In this document: piece after piece, positions 57,825 through 64,000 of the stretch
Layout of the letters: every line of letters starts with the position of its first letter
Position numbering within the stretch: position 1 is the stretch's first letter
Assembly (NCBI GenBank): GCA_963771885.1
Contig: CAVYVF010000023.1
Location: 1-64,000, forward strand
DNA: 64,000 nucleotides
DNA from: Candidatus Bathyarchaeota archaeon
GTDB taxonomy: Archaea; Thermoproteota; Bathyarchaeia; TCS64
Direction: 5' to 3'
Made by a program: the position numbers and the translations under genes
The notes under the pieces: generated by a model
What the model was told of the DNA's origin: nothing
Seen by the model: the letters and a program-made list of their open reading frames with translations, nothing else
Database searches by the model: none

Positions 57825-58929
57825 TTATTCCCGAGAGAGGACGGAGAGGAGTCTATCCACCTCCTCCTCTGTGTTGTAGAAGTCGACGGCACAGCGTATC
57901 CCAGTGGGGCGCAGGCTCAGGTAGAAGTTATCAGCTCTTAGCTTCTTGAAGGTAGTATCAGTGTCCTTGGTCGAGAAGCTGACGACACCTGAACGCATCT
58001 CCTTCTCCTTCGGCGAGGCGATGCTAACGCCGAGGTGGTCGAGACCGTCGTAGAGGCGCTGCGCCAGCTTCAGCACGCGCCCCTCGATCGCCGTCGGCCC
58101 GATGTCCAGAATCATCTTCACCGCAGCCATCGTGCCCACGGTGCTCAGGTAGCTCGGCTCACCAAGCTCGTACTTCTTGGCGCTCGCCTTGAGCCGGGGC
58201 CGCTCCATGTCGTGCTCCTCCACAGAGCGGTACCCGATCTGCACCGGCTCCAACTCGTTGATCAGAATCCTTCTTGACGTAGAGGAAGCCTGCGCCGCTG
58301 CAGCCGACGAGCCACTTGTAGCCCCCACAGGCGTAAAAGTCGACGCCGAGCTTCTTCACGTCCACCTTGACAGCACCCGCCGCCTGTATCCCGTCGACGA
58401 CGAAGTACGCTCCGTGCGCGTGCGCCACCTCTGCGAATGCTCGGAGGTCATGGCGGGCACCCGTAAGCCATTCCACGTGGCTCATCGAGATTGCCTTCGT
58501 CTTATCGTCCACAGCCTTCTCGAGGTCGTCTAGGCGCACGGCTCCCCCCCGACCCTTGACGACGCGCACCTCGACCCCCCTCTGCCTCTGCGATATCCAT
58601 GGGTAGAGGTTCGCCGGGTTCTCGAGGTCGTTGACGACGACGTTGTCCCCCTCCTTGAAGCGAAGCGCCTCAGCGACTGTCGCGAGCCCCTGCGAGGTGT
58701 TGGGCTGGCTGCACGCCTCCTCCGGCGTCGCACCGACGAGTTTTGCCCAAGTCGCCACCGCCTCCTCCGTCCGGGCGTCCCCTCTCCTGTCCAGCCTGTC
58801 CCAGTCGAGGAGGTAACCCCTGATCGCCTCCTGCACGGGCACGCAGGGGGGGCTGTGGTTCGCAATATCGAAGAAGGTTGTATTCTTCGTCACGGGGAAG
58901 AGATTTTCCCTGATCTTCTCGACGTTCAT
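57825..58929 (-). CDS. Class V PLP aminotransferase-like enzyme, frameshift near 58267
   Basis: NTSQGL, VDGIQAAG, GGYKWLVG; C-terminal YELG and FYNTEEEVD in another frame. Confidence 0.85.
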
Positions 58930-58962
58930 GGTGCTAAGAGAGGGTCATGCCCGGTTAAAGGG

Positions 58963-59721
58963 TTAGCCCGCGACAAGCGCCGTGTACTCGGCGACGCGGT
59001 TGAGGCCAAGCCTCTCCGCAGTCTCGACTGAGGCCAAGTTGTCCGCCCAGCAGTGCCAGCCGACTCGCCTGATTCCCACACCCGCGGCGTGTCTGAACAT
59101 CGCCGAGGCGACAAGTGTCGCCAGTCCCCTACGCCTGTACTCAGGCGCAGTCTCTATACCAACCTCACATCTGTCCCCGAGGTTGTACTCGCTCATGCAC
59201 CAGCAGGCAAATCCCCCGTCGTGGATCGTGGCGAAACCGAATCCCTTAGCGAGGAACTCCTCTACAGAGGTCCTCTCGGAGCATATCTCCTCCCTAACCC
59301 AGTCGGTGTGCACGAGATCCCTGCCGAGTAGCTCTTCCGTTATGCGCTCCACGGCGTACCCGTCGGGGGGGTTGATGACATAGCTACGCGTCGTCGGGTC
59401 GTCCTCGTAGTAGAGCCTCCCCCTATGCTTCACCCCGTAACCGGAGAGTAGCTTTTCTGCTCCCTCGAGCGCCTCGGGGCTCGGGTAGGTAACGAATCGT
59501 TTGTGGGTCTTTGCGAACTCAGCGAGTGGCTCAGCGAAGCCTCTGCCGATATCCCCGGCGAGGTAGAGCCTGTGTCCCGCCCACGTCATGGCGGCTCGTC
59601 GCTCCTCGGAGTCAACGAACATCCTCGCCGCCGTGGCGCCTGCGAGTATCGACTCAACGGCGAGATGTATGCCCATGCCATCCCAGAGGCGCCCAGCGCG
59701 CCGGGGCTCTATCTCGTTCAA
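58963..59721 (-). CDS. GNAT acetyltransferase (start uncertain)
   Basis: EVGIETAPEYRRRGLA, WHCWADNLASVETAERLG. Confidence 0.85.
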   Translation of the reverse strand: MNEIEPRRAGRLWDGMGIHLAVESILAGATAARMFVDSEERRAAMTWAGHRLYLAGDIGRGFAEPLAEFAKTHKRFVTYPSPEALEGAEKLLSGYGVKHRGRLYYEDDPTTRSYVINPPDGYAVERITEELLGRDLVHTDWVREEICSERTSVEEFLAKGFGFATIHDGGFACWCMSEYNLGDRCEVGIETAPEYRRRGLATLVASAMFRHAAGVGIRRVGWHCWADNLASVETAERLGLNRVAEYTALVAG

Positions 59722-59826
59722 CGTGGACAGAACTGGACCGGCCACGGATTTAAGTGGGTCACCCACTCCCAGCCCCCGCGATACCCTTTTACAGGGCGCC
59801 ACCCCAAAAGCCAAGGGAGTGAGAGA

Positions 59827-60249
59827 ATGTCAGCATTCGACGTAGACGAGGAGGCCGGCCCAATGAAGATCGCCGACCTCAACCAGTACAGTAGAGAGAT
59901 CAACGTAGTAGTCAAGGTCATCAGCAAGACGGATATACGCGCCGTCACAACGAAGATGGACGAGACCCAGCACAGGGTCTGCGAGGCGCTAGTAGCCGAT
60001 GACACCGGCGCCATCTACCTCACCCTCTGGGACGAGGCAATCGACAAGATACAGGAGGACATGGTCATCGCAATAAGCAACGCATACATGAACACCTTCA
60101 AGGGTAGCATGAGGCTCAACATCGGCAGGTACGGCAGCTACGAGCCCGTCGAGACGCCGTGGCCCGACGTCAACCTTGACAACAACCTGTCCGCGAAGCG
60201 CGTCGAGTCGGACGCACCCCCGCGCGGCTTCGGTAGGGGCAGGTACTGA
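59827..60249 (+). CDS. ssb: Single OB-fold ssDNA-binding protein (crenarchaeal SSB-like)
   Basis: MKIADL, VADDTGAIYLTLWD, NAY..FKG..LNIGRYG, RG-rich tail. Confidence 0.85.
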   Translation: MSAFDVDEEAGPMKIADLNQYSREINVVVKVISKTDIRAVTTKMDETQHRVCEALVADDTGAIYLTLWDEAIDKIQEDMVIAISNAYMNTFKGSMRLNIGRYGSYEPVETPWPDVNLDNNLSAKRVESDAPPRGFGRGRY

Positions 60250-60279
60250 TTTTAACCCCCCGCAATAACTAATCAGTCT

Positions 60280-60777
60280 ATGTCCGAGATAGCAGTATTC
60301 GAAACAAGCAAGGGCAGCTTTGAGATCACTCTCGACAGGGCTAAGGCCCCCGTCACGGTGGACAACTTCGTGAAGTACGTCAAGGAGGGCTTCTTCGACG
60401 GCACGATCTTCCACCGCGTCATCCCCGGATTCATGATACAGGGAGGCGGCTTCACCCCCGATGGCAACCAGAAGAGGACTCGCCAGGCGATACGCCTCGA
60501 GTCAAAGAACGGGCTAAAGAACGCGAAGGGCACCATCGCCATGGCTAGGACGAACGACCCCGACTCCGCCACAAGCCAGTTCTTCATAAACCTCATAGAC
60601 AACAGTTTCCTCAATGCGTCCCCGGGCAACCAGGGCTACGCTGTCTTCGGCAAGGTCACAGCCGGCATGGAGGTCGTGGATGAGATAGCAAAGGTGCGCA
60701 CAGGCCCTCACCCGCCTCACAGCGACTGGCCTCGCGAGGACGTCGTCATAAAGCGTGCCTCGATGAAGGCCGCGTAA
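60280..60777 (+). CDS. Cyclophilin-type peptidyl-prolyl isomerase
   Basis: FHRVIPGFMIQGGG, AMART, SATSQFFIN, GYAVFGKV. Confidence 0.95.
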   Translation: MSEIAVFETSKGSFEITLDRAKAPVTVDNFVKYVKEGFFDGTIFHRVIPGFMIQGGGFTPDGNQKRTRQAIRLESKNGLKNAKGTIAMARTNDPDSATSQFFINLIDNSFLNASPGNQGYAVFGKVTAGMEVVDEIAKVRTGPHPPHSDWPREDVVIKRASMKAA

Positions 60778-60821
60778 ACCATTTTTTAAGCACACCCCGA
60801 CACCCTTCTACCCGATACAAG

Positions 60822-61727
60822 TTGGTCGAGAACTTACGAGTCGCCCTTGACAAGTTCCCATACAGCGGCCAATACGGCCTCAAAGAGGTAGGCATACAGG
60901 CCGACGCCCTCGAACAGGGCGGACTACCCGAACTACTCAAGAAGAACAACTGCACCGTCGAGGAGGTATTCGCGACAAAGCTCACCGCTGACGAGGAGAA
61001 GCAGTACGGAGAGATCAACCACCTCGGCCTCGCCAACAGACACCTCGCCGACGCCGTCTCCGCCCAGCTCAAGAAGGGCGTCCTCCCCCTCGGACTCCTC
61101 CAGAACTGCAACGGCCTCATGGGTATGCTCGCCGGCGTTCAGCGCAGCGGCGGCTGGAAGCCCCTCAAAGTGGGACTCGTCTGGATAGACGCCCACGGCG
61201 ACTTCAACACCCCTGAGACGACGTACAGCGGCATGCTCGGCGGGATGCCAGTGGCGATAAGCTGCGGTCTATGCTACGATCGCCTCCGCCGCCAATGCGG
61301 CCTTGACCCCGCGCTGCCCCCCAAGTACGTCACCATGGTCGCCGTCAGGGACACGGACCCCTACGAGCAGGACGCCATCGACCGCCACGACATCGCCCAG
61401 ATCACCGTCGACGACCTCAAGGGCGACAGCCCTGCAGTCGATATGGAGATGGAGCGCCTCAGCACCCTCTGTGACAAGATATATGTCCACGTCGATGCCG
61501 ACGTCCTTGACCCAGCGGACATACCCGGCGCGGGGCTGCCTGTCGCCAACGGGCCGACCGCCAAGGAACTCGCTGACACCATCCAGGTCATGTTCGAGTA
61601 CCCCAAGGCAGCCGCCTTCGGCGTCGCCAGCTACCCAGCAGCACGTGACCCAGACAAGAAGGCGCTTAAATCTGTCTACATGCTATACGAGGCGGCGGTA
61701 AAAGGGGCGCAGAGCCGGGTGGACTAG
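60822..61727 (+). CDS. Arginase/ureohydrolase family protein
   Basis: WIDAHGDFNTPETT, HVDADVLDP. Confidence 0.85.
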   Translation: MVENLRVALDKFPYSGQYGLKEVGIQADALEQGGLPELLKKNNCTVEEVFATKLTADEEKQYGEINHLGLANRHLADAVSAQLKKGVLPLGLLQNCNGLMGMLAGVQRSGGWKPLKVGLVWIDAHGDFNTPETTYSGMLGGMPVAISCGLCYDRLRRQCGLDPALPPKYVTMVAVRDTDPYEQDAIDRHDIAQITVDDLKGDSPAVDMEMERLSTLCDKIYVHVDADVLDPADIPGAGLPVANGPTAKELADTIQVMFEYPKAAAFGVASYPAARDPDKKALKSVYMLYEAAVKGAQSRVD

Positions 61728-63004
61728 ACGACCAGCGTCTCCCGCTCGACCCGCCTCTTAGCAACGCTCAGGTCGCTGCACTTGAAACCGCGGCCCCCGT
61801 AGAGCGTCGCGTACTCCTTATCCTCGTTGACCGCGTCGACTATGCGGCCCAACGCGTCACTCTTCATTATGCCACTCCCACTCGCGGCGCCGACGTAGAT
61901 GATGCCGGACCCCGCCTCGACTACGGGCGTCTGGTCGAAGCCGTTTATGGCGTACTGGCCAGCCCAGCTGTTCGCGGGGCGGACGTCCTCAAAGCAGGGC
62001 AGATACTGGACGAGGGCGTGGTAGATGTTGTTTGAGTAGTAATCGTCTTCTGGCTGCGGGTCATCCTCAAGCTCGAACTTGCGCCCAAGGTTGTCGGCGC
62101 AGGCGAGCCAGATGCTCTCCTCGCTCACCTCCCCCTTGAGGAGTATACCCGCCGTGGGGAGGATGGTGACTGGTAGCTTGTTGTCGTCGTTGAAGTCCTT
62201 CGTGTTGAGTAGCCTGCCAAGCTTGGGGTCCTTGAAGGCGAATATCTGCCTCTTCTTCGGCCTCATGAGACAGTCAAAGCCTATGGGGTCGAGGACCTTG
62301 CCCGCCCAGACTCCGCATGCGACGACGGTCGTCTCCGCGAGTATGCGCCCCTTCGACGTGTCGGCGCCGGCTATGCGGCTCTCCTGCCAGACGAAGGGCT
62401 CACCGGGGATGCCCAGCGGCTCCACGGGATCGTGGAGGAGTTTCGTCGCCTCCGTGTTGTAGTGTATCTCGCCCCCGATCTTCAGGAACTCCGCTTCGTA
62501 TGCCTTGACGAGCCTGTCGACATCGACGCTACCGCACTTGGGGCCAAAGACTCCCATCTCGACATCCTCGAGCGCCATCATTTGGGACTCCTCGCTGTCG
62601 TCGAACTCAGTTACGAGGTCGGGAATCATCGCCTTCAGCTCCTCGCTGCTGTACTCGAGGATGCGTGCCCCCCTCCTCTTGGCGACGTCGAAGGGGGCGC
62701 GGCGCTCCCTGTACTCGTCCTCGGGGAGGAGCCAGAGGTAGCCGAGCTCGTGCAGCCCCACGTCGTACTCCATGTCCTCCTTCAGGTGGTGGAACCAGTC
62801 TATTGTCGAGTCCGCGAGGAGGTAGTTCGTCTCGCTCGCGAAGAGGTTCCTGTACCCCCCCTCACTCTTTGCGCTGTTACCCTGCCCGGGGCCGCTCAGC
62901 TTCTCGACCACGACCACCTTCCTTGAGGGGTCGCGCTTCTTCAGGTAATACGCAGAGCTGAGCCCGAGGACTCCTGCGCCGACGACGAGGACGTCAGTCT
63001 CCAA
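61724..63004 (-). CDS. FAD-dependent oxidoreductase (DAO/sarcosine oxidase/proline dehydrogenase family); start uncertain
   Basis: VVGAGVLGLS, NSAKSEG, SWAGQY, SGSGIMK. Confidence 0.85.
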   Translation of the reverse strand: METDVLVVGAGVLGLSSAYYLKKRDPSRKVVVVEKLSGPGQGNSAKSEGGYRNLFASETNYLLADSTIDWFHHLKEDMEYDVGLHELGYLWLLPEDEYRERRAPFDVAKRRGARILEYSSEELKAMIPDLVTEFDDSEESQMMALEDVEMGVFGPKCGSVDVDRLVKAYEAEFLKIGGEIHYNTEATKLLHDPVEPLGIPGEPFVWQESRIAGADTSKGRILAETTVVACGVWAGKVLDPIGFDCLMRPKKRQIFAFKDPKLGRLLNTKDFNDDNKLPVTILPTAGILLKGEVSEESIWLACADNLGRKFELEDDPQPEDDYYSNNIYHALVQYLPCFEDVRPANSWAGQYAINGFDQTPVVEAGSGIIYVGAASGSGIMKSDALGRIVDAVNEDKEYATLYGGRGFKCSDLSVAKRRVERETLVV

Positions 63005-63134
63005 AGTTGCAGTCGATATGCGTGTCGGTATCTTGGTTAATAGATTATCCCCAACGATGCGGGGCAGATTCGTTGATTGCCGTTTCACCTGGCGCGATAG
63101 TATAATATCTTGCCCCCGTTGAGTACACCCCGAC

Positions 63135-64000
63135 ATGTCCGCCAAGGCATCAAAAGAAGAGAATGTGATAGTCCCGAAGGGTTGGTGGGAGAGCCTCCCC
63201 CGAAAAGTCTACTCGACGCTGGAACGCGTCAAGACGAGCCAGCCCTGGTTCGAGGTCTACAAGCTGAACGAGAAGACGTGGGCCATCTACGAGCCCTACC
63301 AGTTCGAGGAGACCCTGAGCTACCTCGTCGAGGGAGATAAGAAGGCGATACTCATCGACACAGGCGACGGCATCGGCGACATAAAAAAGCTCTGCGAAGA
63401 GCTGACGAAGCTGCCCTTCTGGGTCGTGAACACGCACACCCACGTCGACCATGTGGCGCAGAACTACATGTTCAAGGATGTCTGGTGCTACGACGGCCCA
63501 ATGGCACACGAGGTCGCGGAGACGGGTTACCCGAACAGCAAGACGGCACCCATGGTAGGCCCCGGCATGACGTGGAAGCCGCTCCCCAAGGGCTTCAACG
63601 TGAAGAAGTGGGTTGTGCCCCCCTACAAGGTGACTCACTGGATGAAGGACGGCGAGGTCATCGACTTGGGCGGTAGGAAGCTCGAGGTCATCTACACGCC
63701 GGGCCATAGCAATGACCATGCCTGCCTCCTTGACAGAAAGAACAGGTGGCTCTGGACTGGAGACATCTTTTACACAGGAGGCGTCTACACGTACCTCCCC
63801 GGCGGCGACCTCGACCAGTTCATCGAGAGCTACGAGAAGATGGTCAAACTCATGCCCGAGTTCGACTACCTAATGCCCAGCCATAACGAGCCGATGGTGC
63901 CAAAGGCGGTGCTCAAGACCGTACTCGATAAGGCGAAGCTAATCCGCGCTGGGAAGGAGAAGAAGTACACAGAGGGAGTCGACGGTGGAGAGAAGATAAG
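63135..64000 (+). CDS. Metallo-beta-lactamase fold hydrolase, runs off the window end
   Basis: Translated by hand: LIDTG, NTHTHVDH, TPGHS, TGD, PSHNEP. Confidence 0.88.
   Translation, partial: MSAKASKEENVIVPKGWWESLPRKVYSTLERVKTSQPWFEVYKLNEKTWAIYEPYQFEETLSYLVEGDKKAILIDTGDGIGDIKKLCEELTKLPFWVVNTHTHVDHVAQNYMFKDVWCYDGPMAHEVAETGYPNSKTAPMVGPGMTWKPLPKGFNVKKWVVPPYKVTHWMKDGEVIDLGGRKLEVIYTPGHSNDHACLLDRKNRWLWTGDIFYTGGVYTYLPGGDLDQFIESYEKMVKLMPEFDYLMPSHNEPMVPKAVLKTVLDKAKLIRAGKEKKYTEGVDGGEKI

Noticed and set aside
1..64000. CRISPR array, transposase, prophage or rRNA
   Set aside because: No regularly spaced repeats or recognisable motifs for these were found by eye

Overview
Archaeal chromosomal window, roughly 55-60% GC by eye. 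The gene content suggests a TACK lineage, most likely Bathyarchaeia (inference): archaeal SRP RNA, intron-containing tRNA-Met, nurA-herA-mre11-rad50, crenarchaeal-type SSB, archease, Cgi121, a TFS paralog and a DUF6754-type cluster. It holds about 65 mostly housekeeping, transport and amino-acid or stress metabolism genes. No CRISPR array, transposase, integrase or prophage was recognised. Nine separate frameshifts can each be repaired by removing one base, which points to long-read assembly error rather than pseudogenes; the bcp remnant looks genuinely decayed. The best candidate for an undescribed system is a four-gene membrane operon (21265-24267) with an apparent A-B-A'-B' pseudo-symmetric layout and a long structured 5' leader. 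Other notable items: a tRNA intron at the non-canonical position 43/44, a TFS paralog lacking the catalytic DE motif, Rad50 and HerA with altered ATPase motifs, three small genes missed by the ORF track, several visible operator arrays, and a possible D-enantiomer scavenging gene set. All family calls come from motif recognition by eye, not database searches.
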